A stretch of DNA of 64,000 nt, taken from Paecilomyces variotii. Taxonomy: Eukaryota. Each line of letters begins with the position of its first letter. The stretch's first letter is position 1. Of the stretch, positions 12,615 to 23,363 are shown in pieces. Location of the stretch: the NCBI GenBank assembly GCA_004022145.1, contig RCNU01000001.1. One strand, given 5' to 3'. Below the pieces are notes generated by a model that had not been told where the DNA came from, made no database searches, and was given only the letters and a program-made list of their open reading frames with translations. Made by a program: the position numbers and the translations under genes.

Positions 12615-14988
12615 TCACTGCAGAAGAGAGGGGTCGGTTCTCGATCTCATCAGTTCCTTCCTCTTCTGTTCCTTGGCTGCAGTAGAAAGTTAGCAAAAGA
12701 AAAAATTAAATCGAAGGGGGTTAGAATAGAATATGAGACGTACCTTCGTCATATACAAGGAATTCGTGCAGGGCACTTCCAGCCGGCACCATGGGCAGAA
12801 CGGGTACCTTTCGGGCAGTGACAATCTCAAGCAGGGCAGGACCGTCGCTCTCGATGAGCCACTTCAGCTTCTCCTCGACCTCATTAGGCTTCGTGCAGCG
12901 CTGAGCCTGGACACCCATAGATTGCGACAGAAGGACAAAGTCGGGGTTCTTCTGGTGCGTGTGGGCGTAACGATCCTCGTAGAACAGGTTCTGCCACTGC
13001 GTGACCATTCCCTGCTCTTCATTGTTGAGAACGATCACCTTGACTCCGATGTTGAACTGCGCAGCGGTCGACAGTTCCGTCAGGGTCATATTGAAGGAGG
13101 CATCACCATCAATGTCAATGACGAGAGCCTCGGGACGCGCCACCTTGGCTCCAATGGCCGCGGGGAGACCGTATCCCATGGTTCCAAGCCCGCCGGAAGT
13201 GATCATGGTGCGCGGGTATCTCCAGCGGAAATGTTGTGCGGTCCACATCTGGTGCTGTCCGACACCGGTCGTGATGACAGTGTGGTCCTTAATGGGGTCC
13301 GTGAGTTCAGAGAGTTTCTCGATGACGGCCTGCGGCTTGATAGGACCATCAGAGGTCTGCTTATCGTACAGAGAGAGAGGGAAACGCTTCTTCCAGTCAT
13401 TGATCTGGGCAAACCACTCCGGTCGGTTGGCAACGCGGTTGACCTGAGGGAGTAGGAGGCGGAGGTTGTCCGCACAGTCTCCCTCAACGGCCTCAGTGGC
13501 CTCAACAACCTTGTTGATGTTCTTCGGCATGACCTCGAAGTGAACGATTCCTCCACGGCCCTCAGATGCGGCCAGCTTGGCCTGAGGCGCGAACTTGGCA
13601 ATGTTACCCGTCACACGGTCATCAAAACGAGCACCCAGGGCAATGATCAAGTCGGCCTCCTGCATGGCCATGTTGGCGTACGCAGCACCGTGCATACCCA
13701 GCATGTGGAGCGACTTGGGGTCATGCTCATCGAAACCACCAAGACCCTGGAGAGTAGTCGTCACGGGGATGGAAGCCTTGTCAGCCAGCTCCTTGAGAAG
13801 CTGCGGGCCCTCCGGACGAGCCAGCAGACCCTGGCCAACGTAGAGGATGGGCTTCTCGGCGATGTTGACGAGGCGGGCAACGCGGGTCATGGTGTTTTCA
13901 AGCTCCTTTCTGCTGAGCTCACGAGCAGCCAGGGTGGCTGCGCTGGGGTGGGAGGGAAGGGTGCTGGCCATGGGGATGGGCTTCCTGAGGATACCAGCCG
14001 TGATATCCTTGGGAAGGTCAACGAGGACGGGGCCAGGACGGCCGCTGGTAGCAATCTCAAAGGCCTCCTTGATCCGTCGAGGGAGCTCCGCAACGTTCTT
14101 GACCATGACATTCCACTTGGTGCATGCCCGAGAGATGCCCACCACGTCGGCCTCCTGGAACGCATCGGTACCAATCGCGGTTGTCGGCACCTGGCCACAG
14201 AAGACCACCATGGGCGTACCATCGGAGAGAGCATCCTGCATGGGAGTGATTACGTTTGTCGCTCCAGGGCCGGAAGTGACGAGGACAACGCCAGGCTTGC
14301 CCGAAGCCCTAGCGTAACCCTCGGCCATGTGACCAGCACCTTGTTCATGGCGCGGGAGGACGAAGTCGAAGTGTTTCGAATTGTAGATAGCATCGAAGAC
14401 TGGGAGGATTGCACCACCGGGGTAACCAACTGACTCTAATGTTAGCACGAAAGTCCGTATCTATCTAGAGCCAAACATAGAGGACGAGTCATGACTCACA
14501 GATATGCTTCACGCCCTGACGGAGCATCATCTCGTGGAAGATCTCTCCACCACTGAGTCCGATGAAGCTGTTCACACGAGTGCCATTAATCATTCTGCTT
14601 CTCCTGGAGGGCAGGGGATCGAGGAAACATACGAGTCATCCAGCTCGGGCACAGGACGGTTCTGCAGCGGCGCTGGCTCATTGCGCCGGGTATCCTGATT
14701 GAACGCAGGACTGGGAACAGGTCTGGCTTGACTGTGGAAGCAACATCAGCACGGGGTCAATGGATTGACAGTGTTATCGGTCTGATCATCTACTCACCCT
14801 GCGGTCGCCGTCGCCGTACTCTGACCACGCTTGGAGGTCTCAATGGACGAGGAGCGCTGAGCCGAGGAGCGGTGGGGCGTGATGGCCGCAGCCAGAGGAG
14901 AGGCGGAAAAGCTCCTTCGACCAGCAGCGAGATACCGCTGGCCCTGGAGAGTGCGCAGAGCACCCTTGGATGATCTCAACGGCATCAT
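12615..14988 (-). CDS. ilv2: Acetolactate synthase (AHAS) catalytic subunit, mitochondrial, multi-exon
   Basis: GYPGGAILPVFD, RHEQGAGHMAEGYAR, TSGPGATN, GVGQHQMW, TPP motif IDGDASFNM..NN; mitochondrial presequence in exon 1 (ATG 14988); last exon AKEQKRKELMRSRTDPSLLQ* ends at 12615. Confidence 0.95.
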
Positions 14989-15124
14989 CTTGACCACGGA
15001 CGATTGCCAACCCGGGAGGATAGGATGGAGGAAGGAGAAGAGCGGCCAGCGATGAGCAGTAGTGAAGAGTCGCCGCCGCCGTCTTTTGGCAGGAATGGGG
15101 AAAAATAATTATCGAGTCTAGCGG

Positions 15125-15389
15125 CGACTCATTTTGCTCATGACTCTTCGATTTGCCGCGCTGCCATTGGCTGGTGGCAGGCGGAAGCGAGCACCCGGGC
15201 CGATTATCGGACGGCGGCAGGAAGAAAGGCTGCCATTGGCCTGTTAGAGCCCGGCAGTCGGAGCGTTCTCGGTGAGGGCTCGGTGTTTGATGATCATTAT
15301 TATTGTTATTATTGTTATGCAGACTCCAGAGTCAAGAAACACCAAGAGATCGCCCGATTCTTTGCGGGGAAAGTATAAATCCTGAGTCA
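15125..15389. promoter_or_regulatory. Candidate CpcA/Gcn4 and LeuB/Leu3 sites in the ilv2 promoter
   Basis: TGACTC at 15141-15146; TGAGTCA at 15383-15389; CCG-N5-CGG at 15200-15210 and 15251-15261; ATTGG (CCAAT) boxes near 15166 and 15235. Confidence 0.55.
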
Positions 15390-16008
15390 CGAGTGGTTAT
15401 TCCAGGAATATGGTAATCCAGGGCAGCAGTAACTAAGTTAACTACGTAGCTTCTCAATCTACTAGTACTACTGTACTAAATTCTAAGCCCACGTAAAATA
15501 CTAATAATAATAATAGTATGCCGGACGGAGGGAATCGGACTCCAGCCACAGTAGAGCAGGAGACAATATGGAGCAATCCGGAAAAGCACGGTCCTGTGCT
15601 CATGCGATCTTATCGTTCCCACCACATCCAACTTGGATATGATCATGATGGCGATGATTGATGATGATGATCATAGCTCTTGAATGCCCTCGTCGGTGGT
15701 CTGACAATGCTCCAGACTCCACGGTGGCATCGTCGCATGCTGGCCCGTAGAACTGAAGACTCTCTGGTGGGGTTCCCCGTGGGTAAGGAGACCCTAACGA
15801 AATACTACGTACCACGAGGTCACCTGTGGTCTGGTCTTTTCATGCGCTCTGCTCGACCGCATTATAACTGACGCTTTTCGATCCTGCATAGCCTTGCAGT
15901 GGTGGTTTTGCTTGATAACTATCTCACATCAGATAATAATAATAGATCCCCTTACCCCCAAAGCGCGTTTGATAGTTCTCTAATCCCCAGCGCAGAAGCA
16001 ACCCCGCC

Positions 16009-17700
16009 ATGGCAACCCCGCAGGAACTCGTCCCCCAGACGGAATCCATCGCAGAGATCTATGCGACAGACGACGCATCTGCGCGGTCGATTTCGCCAGA
16101 GATCAAAGCCCGCTGGCATGGTCTGGTATCGCAGTTTACAAAGCTTTATGGTCACCGGCCTGACTTTGTCGCCCGGAGTCCCGGCCGGGTCAACATCATC
16201 GGAGAGCACATCGACTACTCCCTGTACGATGTCCTCCCTACCGCGGTCAGCGTCGATATGATCATTGCAGCCAAGGCTATCCCGACAACAGGGACGGAGC
16301 CTTTCGTCAAGATCGCGAACACGAATCCTCAGAAGTTTCCCACTCGTGAATTCACCTTCCCCGTCGACAGAGACGTCGAGATTGACCCCAAGCATCACGA
16401 ATGGATCAATTACTTCAAGGCGGGCTTGAGAGGAGCGCTGCAATTCCTTCGCAAGAAGAATGAGGGATCCTCGTTCGTCCCATCCAGTCTGGAGCTCCTG
16501 ATCGACGGCAACGTGCCGCCAGGTGGTGGTATCTCCAGCAGTGCTGCCTTTGTTTGCTCCAGTGCCTTGACTACCATGAAGGCCAACAAGCACGACGTCT
16601 CAAAGCAGGAACTCCTCGACCTTGCGGTGGTTTCTGAGCGTGCTGTTGGTGTTTACTCCGGAGGGTAAGCATTGTTCCCAGAGATTTGTCTGAAGGTCAT
16701 TGACTGACTTGCTCTTCAACCCCCCAGAATGGACCAGGCTGCCTCCATCTTCTCCCGCCGGGGCTATCTGCTCTACACACAATTCTTCCCCAAGTTTGCC
16801 GTCCAGCACGTTCCGATACCCAAGGCGGACCACGAGATTACCTTCCTGATGGCCCAGAGTTTCGTGACGTCAAACAAGGCCGAGACAGCCCCGCGACACT
16901 ACAACCTGCGCGTGGCCGAGTGTACCTTGGCCGCGGTGGTCCTGGCCAAGATGCACGGCGTTACCCTGGAAAAGGATAGCAGCTCCCTGGGCTACAGCTT
17001 GCGCAACTTCCACGAGGAGTTCATGCGGAAGGAGGGTCGTCTGCAGGACCCTCTCGAGTACCAGCTCGATTCAGTCATCCAAGACGCTGCGGAGCGTCTC
17101 TCCCAGGAACAGGGCTACACCCGCGAGGAGATTGCTAAGCTTCTCGACATCACTGTGCCTGAGCTCGAATCTAAATTCCTGTCCGCCTTCCCTGTGCAGG
17201 CGGAGCGATTCCTCCTTCGCCAGCGTGCGCTGCATTGCTTCAAGGAGGCTCGCCGCGTGCTTGACTTTAAGGCTTGCCTGTCCGGAACGGAGAAGCTGGA
17301 TGAGAAGCACATTACCTATCTGGGACAGCTTCTGAACGAATCCCAGGCCTCGTGCCGCACTGATTACGACTGCAGCTGTCCCGAGGTGGACGAAATCTGC
17401 GCCATTGCCCGCCGCGCTGGGACCTGGGGTAGCCGTCTCACCGGTGCAGGATGGGGAGGCTGCACCGTCCACATGCTGCCGCAGAACAAGGTCGAAGCCG
17501 TCACCAAGGCTCTCCGCGAGGAATACTACCTTAAGCACTTCCCCGATATTAGCGAGGAGATGCTGGGTCATGCCATGGTCATCAGTAAACCCTCTAACGG
17601 ATCCTTCCTGTATGTGCCGTCCCATCATACTACTGAGTATGTTGCTAACCGTGATCAATGCAGGGCTTTCGGTGCCGCCATCGATCAGGTGGAAGTCTAA
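16009..17700 (+). CDS. gal1: Galactokinase (GHMP kinase); introns ~16665-16727 and 17610-17663
   Basis: RSPGRVNIIGEHIDY, VPPGGGISSSAA, GGMDQ across the intron, GSRLTGAGWGGC. Confidence 0.95.
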
Positions 17701-18355
17701 ATCTAAATGAAGTACATAGGCTGTAGTACTGATACACTACTTATTCATGACCATAGAAGCCGACCAAATCTGCTTCTATTGTCTTTCTCATTGGTAGATC
17801 CATTCTAGTTCTGAGATATCATCTGTGCGCCCAGAGTCCAATTGGAACATTGGCTCCAAACCCCGCAAAATAGCATACCCAACAATATCCTCTCATGCAA
17901 TGCGAAATGTATATACACGTGATAGACCGCTCATCTTATTCTTCCTGCGCTGGAATCTGCTTCCAGCCGGTCACGCAACTGTTCCCCCTGTGCAATGTCC
18001 TCTCCGGCGACACCGATGCAAGATCTAGAATGGTCTCTTTAGATCTCATTGTCTCCAGTAAAGGCGTGACGCACACGGACTGCCAGAAAATCATTGGAGT
18101 CTCCTTGGGCTGCAGTGTTCGGTCCCGAGCGGCCGTAGAACACTCAGATCATGTCACTGCAGAGTGGACAGCATACCGTAAACAAACGATCCCCCGATAT
18201 CCCGGGAACATCGTGTGCTGCGATACCGGCACTTTGCAGTTCGACCCTGTGTCAAACGCAAAGAAGGCTTCCTTGTGCCGTTGTTCCTCGTAGACTCCGC
18301 ACTCTCAATGAGAGTATATTCTTCCGAATCACCATCCAAGGCATGAATAGAGTGG

Positions 18356-19675
18356 TCACGATTTCTTCTTAGCAGCAGCCGCTTTACCAAAGAAATCACT
18401 CATCTTCTTCATCCCGCTAGTATCGACTTTCTTCAAATCTTTAACCCCACGCGACTGTCCCGCTTTTTTCTTCTTCTCTTCCTCTTCCTTGCGCCGCTTC
18501 TTCTCCGCTCGTGATTCGGCCGCGTCTACATCATCGTCGTCCGCAGACCGCTTGCGACTGAAGTCTCCGAAGGAGCGCGAGGCGAGCGCTTCCGCGCGCA
18601 GGTCTGCGATGCGCTTGAGCTCGTCTGTGAGCGGTTTGAAATCAATAGGGCTTTCGGGAGACGTAAGGATCTTTTCAATCTTAGCTGAGATGTGAGGAGG
18701 AAGGTAGGAAGATTGCATGAATGAGAGCGCGGTCCGGATACGAAGTAAGCGCGGGATGCTGTCGTCTGGAGACGGCGATTGGATGGCCGAAGGCTGTGTA
18801 GCGGGCGTGGAAGCATCCAAGGGAGTTGAGATCGATATCGCAGCAGTCGCTGCGCTAGATTGAGTCTCTGCTCTCTCTAGCCCTGGTCTATCCTGCGACT
18901 CGGCTGCGGGGGTGTTGCTGTCGGATTTCGTTTCAGCCGTGACGACGTCGTCGCGCGTCACGCTCATCAGTGGTGTTTCCAAGGCCTGGCGAATAAATCG
19001 CTCTTCCAGACTTGTTGGAAGGCCCTGCGCTACCATGCGTTCTGCCTTGGAGATCAGCTCCTTGAGCAGCTTCTCCTCGCTCAGACGGAACATCTTCTCA
19101 TCGCCTGCTTCCACCGTGTCGCAGATCGATTCCATCCGCTTCTCTAGAAGACCTCGAAATGACTCATTGTAGAGGATGTAGCGAAGATGGTCATGCATTT
19201 CATCTTGAGAGTCAAGAATATCGTCCAGCGGCTGGAACAGCCCCTTGGCGGAGTTTGTCTTTGATGCAGGCGGCGAGAGTATGGGAAGGATGAAGAAGAT
19301 ACTGTCAACAGGCGTTGCGATTAATAGTTCCGCCGTCTTGGTAAGGGACCCCGCCGGACGCTTTTCGTCGCCATTCGCTTTGGTGGACGTGCTATCTCTC
19401 TTATGTGTGAAGAGGATACTCCGCGGGATATGCGGCTGAGATGCGACCACCGTAAACTCGTACAAGCCCAATTGGGGACAGAAGAAATAACGGTTCAATT
19501 CGCCGGTACTCGGATTCGGTAACGTGAGGAATCTCGCATCGTTGCTGGCCTTCGAGGGCAGGACGAATGTCTTGCTCGGCCTCTCCGCAGGCGTCAATGT
19601 CTTCTTCGATGGCTGCTCTGTCTCCGGCTTCTCTTCTGCTGATGACCCCTTAGGGCCGTTGGCTCTCGTTCTCAT
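18356..19675 (-). CDS. rnh202: Ribonuclease H2 subunit B (Rnh202/Ydr279p family)
   Basis: LLIATPVDSIFFILP, FQPLDDIL, CDTVEAGDEKMFRLSEEKLL; C-terminal PIP-box-like GMKKMSDFF; likely ATG at 19675 (MRTRA). Confidence 0.85.
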   Translation of the reverse strand: MRTRANGPKGSSAEEKPETEQPSKKTLTPAERPSKTFVLPSKASNDARFLTLPNPSTGELNRYFFCPQLGLYEFTVVASQPHIPRSILFTHKRDSTSTKANGDEKRPAGSLTKTAELLIATPVDSIFFILPILSPPASKTNSAKGLFQPLDDILDSQDEMHDHLRYILYNESFRGLLEKRMESICDTVEAGDEKMFRLSEEKLLKELISKAERMVAQGLPTSLEERFIRQALETPLMSVTRDDVVTAETKSDSNTPAAESQDRPGLERAETQSSAATAAISISTPLDASTPATQPSAIQSPSPDDSIPRLLRIRTALSFMQSSYLPPHISAKIEKILTSPESPIDFKPLTDELKRIADLRAEALASRSFGDFSRKRSADDDDVDAAESRAEKKRRKEEEEKKKKAGQSRGVKDLKKVDTSGMKKMSDFFGKAAAAKKKS

Positions 19676-20210
19676 GGTGATATCTGTAAACAATAAGATC
19701 TTGTGGATGCTAAGACAGTGTGTAAGATGCACCCTTGGAGCAATTGGCGACGTGCTTGGGTGTTCAACGCTGGATGCACAATTGTACTGTAGATCTAGAC
19801 TGCCCATTAATTAACGTTCCCGACGCGACACGCGATGGAACGCGCTTGTCCGTCCCCGCAGCCGATCCAACCAAACCGCAGCTGGAAAAGTGACAAGCCA
19901 CATTCTCCATTCGCAGGAGGCGCTGAATTGTCGGCGCTGAAATCAAACTGTTCCACCAATTCTGATAGCTCTGTGCCTTTGTGATTTTATGGAATAAGAG
20001 CGCGACTTGACGGTCCGGCTATATCGAGCTCGAAAGCTGTCAGTCAAGGATGTGGAGGGGGTAAATTCATTTGCCCGCACGTCTACTGTACCAGCGATAA
20101 TGGGAAGGGAGCACGGATAAGGGACGAAATAATATCTTGATCATTGGAGAATACAACCGGGAAAGACAGCGCAAGAGGGGTCCCATCTGCGGTCCGTCTG
20201 CGATGACACA

Positions 20211-22708
20211 AGTGAGCAGCGTCGCCGTGTCTATCTATCTCTTGAGAATATGCTAAACTAACGCAATAACACCTCGCAGTGGGCGAAACATCGTGGCCCC
20301 CGAAATCACCCCGTGATGCTTTACTGAGCTCGCCTAGTGGTCGGAGAAAGTACCAGGATATGCAGAATAATCGAATAACGTCGCCCTTGAAGCGATCGTC
20401 TACGACGCCAAACTTGCAGGCCAAGTCGCATCGGTTGTTACAAGAGAGCGTTGGCGACGAAGACGACGACGAAGACGACGACGAAGAGACCTTGAAACTG
20501 AAGCTTGCAGCAATCGAGGCTCGTCTAAGGCTAAAGAAGCTACAGAAACAAGCAAAGACTGGACGATCGAGTTCAGACCTTGAAGGGGATGAGGTGCCAT
20601 CGAGACTGTCTTCAGCTGTCGGCGCGTCTAGCCGGCTACAAAGGGATGCCCATGGAAAGGAACCAGAAGATGAAATCCAAGTTCCGCTTTCCCCGACGAG
20701 GAAGGTTGCACCGCCTGTTGAGCCGGAGTCTCCTCGGAGATTTGTGCTTGGTATAGACAAGGGGATGAGAGGGAAGGATGTATCACTTCGACGACCACCA
20801 AACTCGAGAGTCTCCGGTCGGCCAGAGAGTGCGTATGGCGGTCGAGCAGGCGTGGCACCACGTTCTGCTCATTCATCCAGTGCTACAAGTGCTTCGTCGC
20901 CGTTCCGTGATTCCCCACGACCAAAGAGTTTCAGTGAGAGGATCGCTGAAAGCAGGTCTGTGGAGAAGGACCGGCGAGAACGCGCGGAGAGATCCCAACA
21001 GACTCGCAGCTCTGCTTTCCAGTTCGACAAGGAAGAAATGGAACGGTTCAAGGCCGCGGCGGCGGACGCAAAACCAGCCTCGAGATCTGCCACTAGGTCT
21101 CGGCCAGTGGAGAGCTTCAGCCGAGAAGATGTCCTCAGATCACTCCATCAGTCTACGTCAACAAGGCAAAGAAGCCAAACGATGCCTAGTATACATGCGA
21201 ATGACTCGAGCCGACCCTCTTCTGGTTCCCGCGAGACACAGTCCTTCCAGGGACAAAGACCACGATCACAGGGACGTTCGGACTCGCACCAGTCTCATGT
21301 CCCAGGTGACGCTGACGAAGAGAAACAGAGCGAAATTAAAGCAGGCGATGCCTCCAAGTACGAGGCATTTTCCTCTTTACATCTTTCCAGTCGCATATTA
21401 CCGCACTCCTTTTTAAGTCGGACGCTCGAAGGCAAGAAGGTCATTACCATCCCCCAGCTCTTAAGGATGGTCAAAGCCCCGGATTTTGAGCTAGATGTGG
21501 ATGGTGATTATGTGGTCTTTGGTATAGTCGCCTCGAAGTCTGATCCAAGGGAGCGCAAGGAATCGAAAAACATTGCTAAAGAGACCGATCGATTCGACGA
21601 CGGTCTGAACAATACGAACAAATATATGGCCATGACGCTTACTGATCTCAAATGGTCTGTCGATCTTTTCCTCTTTGATACAGCTTTCCCAAGATACTAC
21701 AAGCTCTCCGAGGGTATTTTGATCGCCGTCCTAAACCCTACTATCATGCCCCCTCCCCCGAACAAAATCGATACCAACCGGTTTAGCTTGGCTATCTCAT
21801 CATCAGATGACACGATCCTTGAGATTGGATATGCGCAAGACATTGGGTTTTGCAAGGCCGTGAGGAAAGACGGCAAGACGTGCCACTCCTGGGTCGATGC
21901 ACGCAAGACGGAGTTTTGTGACTTTCACATCGATGTCCAAATTCGGCGTACACAGGCACAGCGGATGGGCGTGAACAATGGAACTGGTATGTTTGGGCCA
22001 GGAGGGAGATCAGGTCCGCGAACTGGTGATTTTGGTGGGGAAAGACGAGCAGGACAGAGGGGCAATGGGTTGAAGCCTGAAGGTGCACAATACGACCTTG
22101 GGACTCAATCCACATTCTATGTCGCTCGAGCTCCAAGGATGAATAGTGACTATGATCATTCCTTGGGTTCTGCCAACCTCTTTAACCGAGGTCAATCAGC
22201 AGCCAGCTTAATTGATGCTGATGACCCTTTCCTCGCAGCTGGTATGACGGGTCGTGGGAAGGACAGTAGAGCAGAGCGTCTTCGCAGGCGCCTTGCCGAG
22301 CAGCAAAACGAGCGCAACATCAAGAGGCTGGTGACATCGGGCGCTGCCACTGGCATAGGTGGAGAGTACCTGCGAGCCCGAGTCAGCGAGAATCGTCCGT
22401 CGTCTTCATCTCGCAGCGACGGCACCCCAGCTTCGACTGGGTCAAAGGACGACAAAACCGCAACTCCCATATCATCTGACTTCAACCTAAGCAGCCTAAG
22501 AGCACAAGATGTCCGCCTGGAACACAAGAAACGCGCCCACGACGGCGACAAGCCTTCGAATATAGTGAAAAAGACACGCTTCATCACCCCGAAAGGAATT
22601 CGGGAAGCAGGTCGAGACAGTCTCGGGGGCCCGTCAGACCTGAATAGTCTGGCGAAGACCTCTGATAATAATGATTATGACGACGATGACGAGTTGGATA
22701 TCATTTAA
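20211..22708 (+). CDS. mcm10: DNA replication protein Mcm10
   Basis: OB-fold DYVVFGIVASKS...YMAMTLTDLK...IAVLNP and zinc finger CKAVRKDGKTCHSWVDARKTEFCDFH; 5' end uncertain (intron 20212-20279). Confidence 0.85.
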
Positions 22709-23037
22709 AAAGAGAGATACCACCAGGGATAGATACCAGGGACTTCTCTACCATTCCCACCACCGTCCCCTGTTTGCTTTTGGTGTTTGTTATCTATGTA
22801 TGAGTACATCTGCATAGGTCTACTGGATAGCACACTTGCTGAAGACTAGAGTTATTAATTCATCAATCAATAATACCTCAGAAAACAAGCTCATTCTAAG
22901 TAAAATTTCCTTCTCTTGTCCTTGACTATCCTTGGCCATCCACGGTACGTACCATGGTTGTGGTATCTAACTAGGGCTCGTAATTGAATTCTTACATAAT
23001 ATTCGCGCCTATAACTAGTTAACTAGTTAACTATGGT

Positions 23038-23080
23038 CCTAAACCCTAATCCCCTAATCTCCTAATCTCCTAATCCCTAA
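23038..23080 (+). repeat. Degenerate telomere-like (CCCTAA/CCTAAT) array
   Basis: cctaaaccctaatcccctaatctcctaatctcctaatccctaa. Confidence 0.6.
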
Positions 23081-23363
23081 TTATTTTTGTGGTATATGAT
23101 CAGTTATGGAAGTGGTGTAAAAACCGCGCCAAGAGTTTGGAACCACGACGAGCTGGCACCCCCGTGACCAGTGACCAGTACTTAAACAGGCGGGGTACCA
23201 GCTCAGCGTCGTTCCAAAAACTCTCAGCGTGATAAACAGGCGGCATACAGCTCGTAAATTAATAGGCCATCCTCAATCCCTTTCCTCCCTGTCATAGGGG
23301 CAAGGCTGGTCTTATCGACAGGCCAGTGGCCATTATTCACTTGTTTGGCCTTCAACCGCCAAT

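Noticed and set aside
12733-14433. Long + strand ORFs antisense to ilv2 (240 and 297 aa)
   Set aside because: Shadow ORFs from the strong codon bias of a highly expressed gene; no recognisable motifs
15952-17658. Minus-strand ORFs opposite galactokinase
   Set aside because: Antisense shadows of gal1
17825-18372. Short ORFs between the convergent gal1 and RNase H2B genes
   Set aside because: No motif or coherent splice model; probably 3'UTR
19676-19807. N-terminal 44-aa extension of the RNase H2B ORF
   Set aside because: Resembles 5'UTR; the downstream MRTR start at 19675 is more plausible
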